DNA of 55,666 nucleotides from positions 1 through 55,666 of the IMG/VR virus record IMGVR_UViG_3300046791_000457; one strand, written 5' to 3'. Of this stretch, positions 1 to 9,333 are shown in pieces. The position numbers were made by a program, and so were the translations under genes. The DNA is from a virus (taxonomy: Duplodnaviria; Caudoviricetes). The notes under the pieces were generated by a model. The model ran no database searches, was not told where the DNA came from, and worked only from the letters and a program-made list of their open reading frames with translations. The first letter of the stretch is position 1; the number at the start of each line of letters is the position of its first letter.

Positions 1-122
1 GTTTTGATTGGCCCTCGCGGCGAAACTGGAACGTCTCAGTTTCCGGTGCAACTTGACTTTCCGGCCGCCTGGCGGGGTTGAGGGTGCCTAAAAAGCGTCG
101 CTCAGGGGAGCAACCCCCGAGC

Positions 123-752
123 ATGGAAATAAGCCGCGCCGAAATGGCGCAGCGCGCGGGTGTGTCGCAGGGGGCGATCACCAAAGCGCTCCGGCCGAAC
201 GGTCCGCTGGCTCCCGCCGCAGTGGGTGACCGCGTCAACGTCGCCCACCCCGACGCGGTGGCGTACCTGTCGCGCAAGAATCGGCAGCGCGCCAGGAAGC
301 GCGAGCAGGACGCAGCGGCAGCCGAGCTCGCAGGCGATGAAGCCGAGGCCATCGAAGGCCTCGACCCCGACGAGGCTCTCGAGGACATCGAGGCATTCGC
401 CGACATGACGGTGCGCGAGGTCGTCGACAGGTTCGGCACCGCGCGGCGCTTCCGCGACTACCTCGACGCTCGCAAGCGCATCGAGGACGTGCGCAAAACC
501 AAGCTCGACAACGACGAGACCGAGGGCCGCCTCATCTCCCGCGAGCTGGTGCAGCAGCACGTGTTCGGGGCAATCGAGGCCAGCCACATGCGGCTGCTGC
601 AGGACCTGCCAAAGTCGGCAGCAATCCGCGTGAACTCAGCGTTCAAGGCGACGGCCACCGTCGAGGACATCGAGAGGATCATCCGCGAGTTGATCGCGAC
701 ACAGCTCCGCCCGGTGAAGACCACCGTCCGACGCACCATGACCGCAGCGTGA
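123..752 (+). CDS. Terminase small subunit
   Basis: N-terminal HTH-like ISRAEMAQRAGVSQGAITKAL; C-terminal 'EGRLISRELV' segment typical of Nu1-like TerS; immediately upstream of TerL. ATG at 123 preferred over TTG at 78. Confidence 0.75.
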   Translation: MEISRAEMAQRAGVSQGAITKALRPNGPLAPAAVGDRVNVAHPDAVAYLSRKNRQRARKREQDAAAAELAGDEAEAIEGLDPDEALEDIEAFADMTVREVVDRFGTARRFRDYLDARKRIEDVRKTKLDNDETEGRLISRELVQQHVFGAIEASHMRLLQDLPKSAAIRVNSAFKATATVEDIERIIRELIATQLRPVKTTVRRTMTAA

Positions 753-755
753 ACC

Positions 756-2741
756 GTGGGATGGAGAGACGACCGGTTCGAGGCCGCTCAGATCGAGTGG
801 TTGGCGCAGCAATTCGAGTCGCTGACCACCGAGCTGGAGTTCGTGAAGCCCTCGAGGTGGGCCGAAGAGCGTCGCTACCTGCCCCCTTCGGTCTCGCCGA
901 TGCCGGGCTTCTACAGCTTCGACGTCACGCCGTACCTGCGTGAGATCCTCGACTGCGTAGCGGTCGATTCGCCGGTCCGTGAAGTCGCACTCATGAAGGG
1001 CGTGCAGATCGGCGCGACCAGCGGCGTGCTCGAGAACGTGATCGGTTACTACATCGACCACGTCAAGACGGCGCCGATGATGCTGGTCACGGCAGACCTC
1101 GACCTGGCCCAGCTCCGCCTCGATTCCTACATCACGCCGATGCTGCAGCACTCCGGGCTGCTGCATCTCATCCAGTCGAACGACGAGTCGAACCCGCGCA
1201 AGACGGGCCGCACGATCAAGAAGATCGAGTGGGTGGGCGGCGGCTTCCTGGTTCCATTCGGCGCGCAGAACGCCAACAAGCTCCGCAGCACCAGCATCCA
1301 GGTGCTGCTGAACGACGAGGTCGACGGCTGGCCCGACACCGTCGGCAAGGACGGCGACCCCCGCAAGCTGGTGCAGGACCGCACGGCCGCCTTCGAGAGC
1401 AGCCGCAAGATCCTGGACGTCTCGACGCCCACGCTGAAGGGCATGTCGAAGATCGAGACGCTCTTCAAGCGTGGAGACCAGCGCTACTACTTCGTCCGGT
1501 GCCTACGCTGCGAGGAGCCGCAGCGGCTCCGGTGGTCCCGAACGAACAACGAGACCGGCGAGATCACCGGCATCGTCTGGGACCTGGACGCCGGCGGCCG
1601 GCTCATCATCGATTCGGTGCGGTACACGTGCAAGGAGTGCGCGCACCCGCACACCGAGAACGACAAGACGCGGCTCTTCGAGCCGTCGAATGCATTCTGG
1701 GGACCGACCGCGGAGCCCGTCGCGGCGCACATCAGGAGCTACCACCTGAGCGCGCTCTACTCGCCGCCCGGCATGCAAAGCTGGGCCGAGTGCGTGCAGA
1801 AGTACCTCGAGGCCTGGGACATCCAGAAGGCGGTCGTGCGCGACTTCGCCAAATATCAGGTCTTCTACAACAACGTCCTCGGCGAGACGTTCACGCCCCC
1901 GGGCGAGCGCATCAAGTTCGAGGCGGTGAGCGCGCACCGCCGGCAGTACGAGTCGGGCCAGATCCCGAACAAGTTCGCCGCGCGGTTCTGCGGCAGCCGC
2001 GTCCTGGTGCTGACCTGCTCGGTCGACGTGCACAAGGATGCCTTGAAGGTTTCGATCTTCGGCTGGGCCAAGCACCGCCGCGCGCTCCTGATTGAATACT
2101 TCACCCTCGAGGGGGACACCGAGCGGCTCGACAACCCCGACACGTGGGTGGCGCTCCAGGGTGTCATCGAAGACAGCGTATACGTCGGCGACGATGGCAA
2201 GTCGTACCGCATCGAGCTCACGCTGATCGACTCCGGCTATCTGACCGACCAGGTCTACGAGTTCTGCCAGCAGTACGACACTGGCGTGCACCCCGTGAAG
2301 GGCCGGTCGATCTCGCAGAACGCATCCCGCGTCGTCGAGTTCTCGGAGTTCACGACGAAGCACGGGACGAACGCGGTCACCCTGACCGTCGACCTGTTCA
2401 AGGACAAGTGGGCCCCCGTCCTGAAGCGCAAGTGGGATGGCGTGGGTCAGCAGCCCGCCCCGTTCTTCAACGCGCCCAGCGATATCAGCGACGCCCAGCT
2501 CCGCGAGCTAACCGTCGAGACGAAGGTCGCCCGCAAGGAGAAGTCCACGGGCAAGCTGCTCGGCTACGAGTGGCACCGCCCGAGCGGCGCCGCGAACGAG
2601 CTGTGGGACCTGCTCATCTACAACAACGCGGCCCTCGAGCTGCTCGCCTGGTCGCTGTCGAAGCAGGCGGAGCTCGAGTCGACCAACTGGGAGATGTTCT
2701 GGGACGCGTGCGAACAGGGTCTCTATTTCCGCGAGGTGTGA
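756..2741 (+). CDS. Terminase large subunit, lambda GpA family
   Basis: TPYLREILD, MKGVQIGAT (Walker A), LLNDEVDGW (Walker B), STPT motif, CxxC pairs, nuclease motifs SVDVHKD and IDSGY. Confidence 0.95.
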   Translation: MGWRDDRFEAAQIEWLAQQFESLTTELEFVKPSRWAEERRYLPPSVSPMPGFYSFDVTPYLREILDCVAVDSPVREVALMKGVQIGATSGVLENVIGYYIDHVKTAPMMLVTADLDLAQLRLDSYITPMLQHSGLLHLIQSNDESNPRKTGRTIKKIEWVGGGFLVPFGAQNANKLRSTSIQVLLNDEVDGWPDTVGKDGDPRKLVQDRTAAFESSRKILDVSTPTLKGMSKIETLFKRGDQRYYFVRCLRCEEPQRLRWSRTNNETGEITGIVWDLDAGGRLIIDSVRYTCKECAHPHTENDKTRLFEPSNAFWGPTAEPVAAHIRSYHLSALYSPPGMQSWAECVQKYLEAWDIQKAVVRDFAKYQVFYNNVLGETFTPPGERIKFEAVSAHRRQYESGQIPNKFAARFCGSRVLVLTCSVDVHKDALKVSIFGWAKHRRALLIEYFTLEGDTERLDNPDTWVALQGVIEDSVYVGDDGKSYRIELTLIDSGYLTDQVYEFCQQYDTGVHPVKGRSISQNASRVVEFSEFTTKHGTNAVTLTVDLFKDKWAPVLKRKWDGVGQQPAPFFNAPSDISDAQLRELTVETKVARKEKSTGKLLGYEWHRPSGAANELWDLLIYNNAALELLAWSLSKQAELESTNWEMFWDACEQGLYFREV

Positions 2742-2744
2742 GCC

Positions 2745-3002
2745 ATGGCCACAAACGAATGCGCATGGCTCGACGCGCGGATCACCAAAACCGAGAAGCT
2801 GATCGAGTCCATCGAGGCCGCGATCGATGCCATCGGTAGCGGCGCGCAGTCCTACACCCTCGACACCGGCCAGTCGCGCCAGGTGGTCACCAAGGCCAAC
2901 GTCGCATCGCTCAAGACGCTGCTCGACTCGCTCGAGAACCGCCGGGTGATGCTGAAGCAGCGCCGCTATGGCGGCGGCTCGCTGATTGGGCGCGGGCTCT
3001 GA
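2745..3002 (+). CDS. Head-to-tail joining protein (gpW-like)
   Basis: 85 aa between TerL and portal; 'GAQSYTLDTGQSRQVVTKANV' pattern; lambda gene order. Confidence 0.75.
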   Translation: MATNECAWLDARITKTEKLIESIEAAIDAIGSGAQSYTLDTGQSRQVVTKANVASLKTLLDSLENRRVMLKQRRYGGGSLIGRGL

Positions 3003-3004
3003 CC

Positions 3005-4714
3005 ATGCGCGTCTTCGACTTCTTCACCAAGGGGCGCTCGATCCGCGTCCCTGCCGATGCGTCGCCCGACCAGCAGTCGGCGCCGGCGATCCCGGTCATC
3101 AACCTGCGGGACCTGAACCGGTCGGCTCCCATCCGCAGCGCCTGGCACGACGGCGAGAAGTTCCCCGGCGGCTTCGGGGTGACGAAGCTCCTGACGACCG
3201 ACTACTGGACGCTCCGCGCCCGGTCGGCCCAGCTCTTCCGGACCAACCACTACGCCCGCGGCATCATCCGCCGGCTGGTGCTGAACGAGATCAACACCGG
3301 CCTGCACCTCGAGGCCACGCCCAGCGAGGAGCTGCTCGGGTACAAGCCGGACGAGCTCGACGCCTGGTCGGAGACCACCGAGACCCGCTTCGAGCTGTGG
3401 GGTAAGACCCCGAAGCTCTGCGACTACTGCGAGCAGCTCACCTTCGGAGCGCTCCAGGCCCAGGCCCGGCTCGAGGCCCTGGTCTCTGGCGACGTCCTGG
3501 TGGTCCTGATCCAGGACCCGCGCACCAAGCTTCCCCGGGTCCGGCTCGTCGACGCCTCCTGCGTCCAGTCGCCGATGGACAACACCGGCAAGGGCGAGGG
3601 CAACAAGATCAAGCACGGTGTGGAGCTCGACAGCAGTGGCCGCCACGTCGCCTACTGGGTCCAGAAGGAAGACTATCTCAACGCCCGGGGCAGCTTCGAG
3701 CGCATCCCGGCAGTCGGCCCGGTCACCGGCCGGCGCATGGCCTGGCTGCTGTACGGCACGGACAAGCGCCTCGACGACGTGCGCGGCGAGCCGCTCCTGT
3801 CGCTCTGCCTGCAGTCCCTGCAGGAGATCGACCGGTACCGGGACGCGCTCCAGCTGAAGGCCTCGCTGCTCGCGCGGTTCGTGGCGTGGGTCGAAAAGAC
3901 CGAGGACAAGGTCAGCTCGAAGGCTTTCGGCGGCGGCGCGGTCCGCAAGGGCACCGACACCGCGGTCGACACCACCGAGACCGAGCGCTCGTTCCAGGTC
4001 GCCGAGTACATCCCCGGCGTCCTGATGGAGGAGCTCCAGCACGGCGAGAAGGTCCACGCCTTCCAGTCGCAGGGCACCACCGAGTCCTTCGCGGACTTCG
4101 AGAGCACCATCATCGCGGGGATCAGCTGGGGCAACGGCATCCCGCCCGAGATCCTCACGCTGCAGTTCGCGAACAACTACAGCGCCTCGAAGGCGGCGAT
4201 CAACGAGTTCAAGCTGTCGCTGAACGTCTGGCGCCAGACCTTCGGGGAGCAGTTCTGCCAGTTCGTCTACGAGGACTGGCTCCTGTCCCAGGTGCTGGCC
4301 CAGCGCATCGACGCACCCAAGATGCTCGAGGCCTGGCGCGACCCGGACCGCTACGAGGAGCTGGCGGCCTGGTGCTGCGCTGACTGGACCGGCCAGATCA
4401 AGCCGGAGATCGACTTCGGCAAGGCAGCGAGCGGCTGCGCGACGGCCATCGAAGAGGGCCTCATGACCCGTGACCGCGCCTCCCGCGAGCTCACCGGGAC
4501 GAAGTTCTCGCGGAACGTCCGCGAGCTGCTGCGCGAGAACGAGCAGCTGGCCAAGGCCAACGAGGCCATCGTGAAGCTCAACAAGCCCGAGCCGCCGGCC
4601 GCGCCCGAGAAGGCGCCGATCAAGGCGCCCGCGGGCAAGGACGACGGCGCCGAAGACGCCGAAGAGGCGGATGACGTCTCCGGAATCGAACCCGAACCCC
4701 CGGCGGTGAACTGA
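3005..4714 (+). CDS. Portal protein, lambda family
   Basis: LRARSAQLFRTNHYARG, IKHGVELDSSGRHVAYWV, VRGEPLL and NYSASKAA motifs. Confidence 0.93.
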   Translation: MRVFDFFTKGRSIRVPADASPDQQSAPAIPVINLRDLNRSAPIRSAWHDGEKFPGGFGVTKLLTTDYWTLRARSAQLFRTNHYARGIIRRLVLNEINTGLHLEATPSEELLGYKPDELDAWSETTETRFELWGKTPKLCDYCEQLTFGALQAQARLEALVSGDVLVVLIQDPRTKLPRVRLVDASCVQSPMDNTGKGEGNKIKHGVELDSSGRHVAYWVQKEDYLNARGSFERIPAVGPVTGRRMAWLLYGTDKRLDDVRGEPLLSLCLQSLQEIDRYRDALQLKASLLARFVAWVEKTEDKVSSKAFGGGAVRKGTDTAVDTTETERSFQVAEYIPGVLMEELQHGEKVHAFQSQGTTESFADFESTIIAGISWGNGIPPEILTLQFANNYSASKAAINEFKLSLNVWRQTFGEQFCQFVYEDWLLSQVLAQRIDAPKMLEAWRDPDRYEELAAWCCADWTGQIKPEIDFGKAASGCATAIEEGLMTRDRASRELTGTKFSRNVRELLRENEQLAKANEAIVKLNKPEPPAAPEKAPIKAPAGKDDGAEDAEEADDVSGIEPEPPAVN

Positions 4715-5961
4715 TGGACTGGCTGCTAAGCGAAGACGCGCTGCTCGAGCTGCAGGCGATCAAGGGCATCGTGCCCACCGCCGAGCAGCGGGAGGCATTC
4801 GCCGCCGTGCTCAAGGCCCGGGAGGCCTCGATCTCCGCCGGCGAGCCGCGCCTCATCAAGATCGAGGGCACCGAAGCCAAGATCACCATCGACGGCGTCC
4901 TGATGGAGCGCCCGTCGTTCATGTCGATGTTCATGTCGCGCGGCGCCGCGATCTACAGCGACATCCGCGCGGCCTTCGAGGCCGCCGAGGCCGACCCGCG
5001 GGTCAAGACCATCGCGCTCGACATCAACAGCCCGGGCGGAACCGTCGAGGGCATGTTCGAGACGCTGGACGTCATCGCGCAGGTGACGAAGAAGATCAAG
5101 GTCACGGCGACGCAGGCCACCAGCGCCGCCTACGCCATCGCGTCGATGGCCGGGCCGATCAGCGCGGCGACACGCTCGAGCCAGTTCGGCAGCGTGGGCG
5201 TGGTCGCCCGGTACATGGTGTGGCCCGAGGACGTCACGCTGACCAGCACCGACGCGCCCGAGAAGGCGCCAGACCCGCGCACGCCCGAGGGCAAGGCGCT
5301 GATCGTCAAGCGCCTCGACTCCATCAACGAGATGTTCGTCGGCTCCATCGCCAAGGGCCGCACCGCATTCACCGGCTCGAAGGTGACCCCCGAGTCGGTG
5401 AAGCAGAACTTCGGCCGCGGCGCGACGATGTATGCCGCCGACGCCCTGGCCGCGGGCCTGATCGACAAGGCGCCGAAGGAACCGAGGCTCGCGCGAGCTC
5501 GCGCGGAAGACGACACACCGGCGGATGCGTCCGCCGTCGAAACCGCCGACGGCGGAGAGGAGATTCAAGTCATGGATATCAAGGAATTCAAGGCCAAGCA
5601 CCCCGAGCTGTTCACCGCCGCCTTCGAAGAGGGCAAGACCGCCGGCGAAGCGGCCGAGCGCGACCGCGTCGACGCTCACCTGACGATGGGCGAGGCTTCG
5701 GGCGACACGAAGACCGCGTTCGAGGCGATCCGCAAGGGCGACGCCATGACGACCGGCATGCAGGCCAAGTACATGGCCGCCGGCATGCGGACCGCGGCGG
5801 TCGGCGCGCGCGGTGACGAGGCAGCCATCGCCGCGGCAGCGACCGCCGGCGTGAAGCCCGCGGCCGGCGCGGGCGGCACCCCCGGGACCGGCGCGGCCGC
5901 CGCGACCGGCGACCTTGGGGACCTCATCGTCGCTCTCATCGACGCGGACAAGCAGTCCTGA
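4714..5961 (+). CDS. Capsid maturation protease (S49/SppA-like) with C-terminal scaffold region
   Basis: IALDINSPGG, SAAYAIAS and GSVGVV motifs; lies after the portal as lambda C does. Confidence 0.9.
   Translation: MDWLLSEDALLELQAIKGIVPTAEQREAFAAVLKAREASISAGEPRLIKIEGTEAKITIDGVLMERPSFMSMFMSRGAAIYSDIRAAFEAAEADPRVKTIALDINSPGGTVEGMFETLDVIAQVTKKIKVTATQATSAAYAIASMAGPISAATRSSQFGSVGVVARYMVWPEDVTLTSTDAPEKAPDPRTPEGKALIVKRLDSINEMFVGSIAKGRTAFTGSKVTPESVKQNFGRGATMYAADALAAGLIDKAPKEPRLARARAEDDTPADASAVETADGGEEIQVMDIKEFKAKHPELFTAAFEEGKTAGEAAERDRVDAHLTMGEASGDTKTAFEAIRKGDAMTTGMQAKYMAAGMRTAAVGARGDEAAIAAAATAGVKPAAGAGGTPGTGAAAATGDLGDLIVALIDADKQS
5572..5961 (+). CDS. Nested in-frame scaffolding protein (Nu3-like)
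   Basis: In-frame ATG at 5572 (MDIKEFKAKHPELF...AERDRV) preceded by GGAGAGGAG; same arrangement as lambda C/Nu3. Confidence 0.6.
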   Translation: MDIKEFKAKHPELFTAAFEEGKTAGEAAERDRVDAHLTMGEASGDTKTAFEAIRKGDAMTTGMQAKYMAAGMRTAAVGARGDEAAIAAAATAGVKPAAGAGGTPGTGAAAATGDLGDLIVALIDADKQS

Positions 5962-6026
5962 GCGCAGAGCCGGGACCCGAACCCACAACATTTCACCGCG
6001 CGTGAGCGCAGAGAAGGTTTTGAACC

Positions 6027-6455
6027 ATGTCCAACTACACCAGAACCCACATCGACACGCGCGGCCCGATCGTCGAGGTCGACCGCGACGCCTTCGAAGA
6101 CGGCACGGTCGCCTTCGGCGGCGCGGACACCCTCGCGCCGGGCACCATCCTCGCGCGCCACACCGGCAGCGGGAAGTTCCAGATCTACGTCAAGGGCGGC
6201 AGCTCGAACGGCAACGGCGTGCCCGTCGCCGTGCTGACGTACGAGCTCGAGGCCACGGGCGCCGGCGACAAGCCGGTCCGCCCCGCGCTGCGCGGCAAGT
6301 TCAACAAGAAGAAGCTCGTGATCGACGCCGACGGCGACGACGCGAACATCGACTTCGCCGTGCTCGACCTGCTGCGCGACGTGGGCATCTACGCCTACGA
6401 CGTCGAGCAGCTCGGGCGCGAGGACAACCCGCAGCCGACGGAGTCCGACAGCTGA
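6027..6455 (+). CDS. Head decoration protein (lambda D-like)
   Basis: LAPGTILAR...PVAVL...GKFN...LRDVGI pattern; lies between protease and capsid. Confidence 0.8.
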   Translation: MSNYTRTHIDTRGPIVEVDRDAFEDGTVAFGGADTLAPGTILARHTGSGKFQIYVKGGSSNGNGVPVAVLTYELEATGAGDKPVRPALRGKFNKKKLVIDADGDDANIDFAVLDLLRDVGIYAYDVEQLGREDNPQPTESDS

Positions 6456-6543
6456 TCACCCCGTGATCGGCTGAAGAGCGCAGCGCACCGCGCGCGCCGT
6501 CCATCCACGACGGAGTTCATTCGTTCCGACGCGATCACGCGCC

Positions 6544-6565
6544 GGGCAAGAGCGCACAGGTGCGC
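6544..6565 (+). promoter_or_regulatory. Conserved hairpin element upstream of major capsid gene (copy 1)
   Basis: GGGCAAGA-GCGCA-CAGG-TGCGC; recurs at 10849-10870 with only loop bases changed. Confidence 0.5.
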
Positions 6566-6639
6566 GCGCTCATCGGTCCATTTCACCGCCGATTCACTCG
6601 GCCCAACCACAGCCGGAAATCGGCAACGGAGATTTTTCC

Positions 6640-7722
6640 ATGTCGGATGCATCTACCAAGCGCATGATCGAGATGTACGTGGAGCGCGCCGACGCGCCCA
6701 TGTTCCTGTCGGGCTTCTTCAACAGCCCCGCCCGCAACTTCCACGACACGGAAGAGGTCGAGTTCGACGTCATCCGCGACGACGAGGACGTCGCGGTCGT
6801 GATCCAGGACATCTCGGCTGGTGCGAACCAGAACGAGGCCTCGGTCTACACGAACAAGAGCTTCAAGCCGCCGGTCTTCGACGAGGAAGGCGCCATCTCG
6901 GCGTACGACCTCATGAAGCGCCAGCCCGGTGCGAACCCGTTCGCGGACCCGAACTTCGGGCGCATCGCGCTCGACCAGGCGTTCGACATCTTCGGCCGCC
7001 TCGAGCGCAAGATCCGTCGCGCGATCGAGCTCATGGCGTCGCAGGTCCTCCAGACCGGCACGCTGACGCTCGTCGACAAGGTCGGCGCGCAGAAGTACGT
7101 GCTGAACTTCGACCCGAAGAGCTCGCACTTCTTCACGGCCGGCGTGCCGTGGGCGGTCGACGGCTCCAGCGGCGACCCGCTCGGCGACCTGGGCGGCCTC
7201 GCGCAGCTCATCCGCCGCGACGGCAAGAAGGCCCCGACGAAGCTCATCTTCGGCACGGCGGCCATGCAGCGGTTCCTCGCGAACGCGGCCGTCAGGGCCC
7301 GGCTCGACAACCGCCGGATGGAGCTCGGCCAGGTCGCGCCCGTGACCCGCGGCGAGGGCGCCACCTACTACGGAACGGTGTGGATCGACCACTACCCGTT
7401 CGAGATGTGGATGTACGACGGGTACTTCCGCGCGCCCGGCGCCGGGCTGTACACGCCGTACGTCGGCGAGGACAACGTGATCATGCTGTCCGACGGCGCG
7501 CGGCTGGACCTGACCTACGGGTCGATCCCCAGCTTCGTGGCCCCCGAGCAGCGCGCGCTTCCGTTCCTGCCCCCGCAGGTCCGCAGCTCGAGCGCCGGCA
7601 TCGCGTTCACCACGAACGCGTACCTGTCGAATGACGGGCGCAGCCTGAAGGTCTCGGCGGGCACCCGGCCCCTGACCATCCCCACGCAGATCGACTCGTT
7701 CGGTCGCGTGACGGTGGCCTGA
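6640..7722 (+). CDS. Major capsid protein, lambda E family
   Basis: FLSGFF...EVEFD, FKPPVFDE and RRAIELMASQVLQTG motifs; 360 aa; position; GGAG RBS. Confidence 0.9.
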   Translation: MSDASTKRMIEMYVERADAPMFLSGFFNSPARNFHDTEEVEFDVIRDDEDVAVVIQDISAGANQNEASVYTNKSFKPPVFDEEGAISAYDLMKRQPGANPFADPNFGRIALDQAFDIFGRLERKIRRAIELMASQVLQTGTLTLVDKVGAQKYVLNFDPKSSHFFTAGVPWAVDGSSGDPLGDLGGLAQLIRRDGKKAPTKLIFGTAAMQRFLANAAVRARLDNRRMELGQVAPVTRGEGATYYGTVWIDHYPFEMWMYDGYFRAPGAGLYTPYVGEDNVIMLSDGARLDLTYGSIPSFVAPEQRALPFLPPQVRSSSAGIAFTTNAYLSNDGRSLKVSAGTRPLTIPTQIDSFGRVTVA

Positions 7723-8249
7723 TGCCGAGCAATCGCGACCTGAAGGCGGCGGCGGCAACCCTGGGCGAGCGGCTCGGGGTCCCCGTCAGCACGACCGGCC
7801 TCGGCAACGAGGCGCTCGTCAAGCTCGTCGCCGAGCTCGAGGAGCAGGTCGCATCCGCAGCGGCGGTCGAGGCATCGTCCTCGCCGCCGGAGGCCTCGGC
7901 CTCCGAGCCCCCTCTCGACGTCGTCCCCGGCGCCGAGGGCGGGCTCGAGGCCTTGGCCGATGCGCCGGCGGCCGATGTCGCTGGCGACGAGCCGCCCACC
8001 GACGAGGTCCCCGTGGTGCCTGCGGCGGCTCCGGCCGTCGACGCCCTTCGGGCCAAGCACAAGGGCCGCGCCGTTTCCACGACCTCGGCCCGGCCCCCCG
8101 GTCCCTACAAGGTCGCCGCGGAGCGCTCCATCTTCTGCGCGCGCTCCGGCGGTGCCGGCCTGCAGGGCGGGGAGAGGGTGCGCCCTCGCGACTTCGACGA
8201 CGTTTCGCTCGACCTCCTCTGGCGCCAAGGCGCGATCGTCAAGGCGTAG
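7722..8249 (+). CDS. Hypothetical protein with Ala/Pro/Glu-rich linker
   Basis: Coupled to the capsid stop (TGATG); sits where FI-like genes often occur. Confidence 0.6.
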   Translation: MPSNRDLKAAAATLGERLGVPVSTTGLGNEALVKLVAELEEQVASAAAVEASSSPPEASASEPPLDVVPGAEGGLEALADAPAADVAGDEPPTDEVPVVPAAAPAVDALRAKHKGRAVSTTSARPPGPYKVAAERSIFCARSGGAGLQGGERVRPRDFDDVSLDLLWRQGAIVKA

Positions 8250-8258
8250 GCGCACCCG

Positions 8259-8636
8259 GTGGGCCTGCGAGAGCAAGCACGCCAGGACGCCCATGCGATC
8301 CTGAACGACCCGGCCGGGTTCAGCTGGCCGGTGAGCGTGGTGAACCCGGAGGGGGCAATCCTGTCCCTCCGCGGGTTCTCCAACGACGTCGAACAGACCA
8401 TCGACCCGGACACGGGGCTCGCCGTGTCCGGCCGTCGAGCCTCGGTCGCCCTCCACCTCGACGACGTCGAGGCCTTCGGCATGCCGATCGGAGTGCAGGA
8501 CCGGGCGTCGAAGCCATGGGTCGTGCGCTTCGACGACATCCTCTGCCACGCGCACGAGTTCAAAGTCCGCAAGGCCTTCCCGGACCGTGCGCTCGGAATC
8601 ATGACCTGCGAGCTCGAAACCTACCGCTCGGTCTGA
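8259..8636 (+). CDS. Putative head-tail adaptor/closure protein
   Basis: Position and size (125 aa); IDPDTGLAVSG motif. Confidence 0.6.
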   Translation: MGLREQARQDAHAILNDPAGFSWPVSVVNPEGAILSLRGFSNDVEQTIDPDTGLAVSGRRASVALHLDDVEAFGMPIGVQDRASKPWVVRFDDILCHAHEFKVRKAFPDRALGIMTCELETYRSV

Positions 8637-8643
8637 GGGCTCC

Positions 8644-9333
8644 ATGGCCGCGCTGATCGAGACGCTGATCGACAAGTTCGACAACCTCGAGCTGGTCCGC
8701 GACAAAATCGCGGCCCTCCTGCTCGAGGAGTCGGACGGACAGAAGACGCTCGCGATCGCCGCGGCGAAGGACCCCCTGCTCTGGGCGATGCGCGTCTTCA
8801 CCGAGCGCAGCAACCCGATCGCGGAGTGGCAAGAGGCCCCAGACGACGCAGATCCGGCCGACCTGGTGCCGATCGTCAACGTCTACTTCGAGGCCGCCCA
8901 GGCGGACGCGGCGGCCAGCGACACCGTTTACCAGCAGCAGGTCATCGCGACCTACAACATCGACTGCTACGGCTACGGCTTCGCCAAGACCGACGGCGCC
9001 ACCGGCCACATCCTCGGCGACGCCCAGGCAGCCTTCGAGGCGCAGCGCACGGCGCGCCTGGTGCGCAACATCCTGATGTCGGCGCACTACGTGTGCCTCG
9101 GGATGCGCGGCGTCGTTGGAAGCCGCTGGATCCGTTCCATCACGGAGTTTCAACCGGCGATCGATGGCCGCTCCATGCAGCAGGTCGTCGGGGTCCGGAT
9201 TCAGTTCGAAGTGCGGATGAACGAGTTCTCGCCGCAGCACGTGCCCACGCCGCTCCAGATCCTGGGCGTGACCGTGTTCCGCGCCGAGACCGGCGAGATC
9301 TACCTCAAAGGAGATTACCCCCATGACAGTTGA
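8644..9333 (+). CDS. Putative tail completion/terminator protein
   Basis: Immediately upstream of the sheath gene; positional call. Confidence 0.55.
   Translation: MAALIETLIDKFDNLELVRDKIAALLLEESDGQKTLAIAAAKDPLLWAMRVFTERSNPIAEWQEAPDDADPADLVPIVNVYFEAAQADAAASDTVYQQQVIATYNIDCYGYGFAKTDGATGHILGDAQAAFEAQRTARLVRNILMSAHYVCLGMRGVVGSRWIRSITEFQPAIDGRSMQQVVGVRIQFEVRMNEFSPQHVPTPLQILGVTVFRAETGEIYLKGDYPHDS

Noticed and set aside
53-81. sigma70 promoter at TTGACT upstream of TerS
   Set aside because: There is no plausible -10 hexamer at 16-18 nt spacing.
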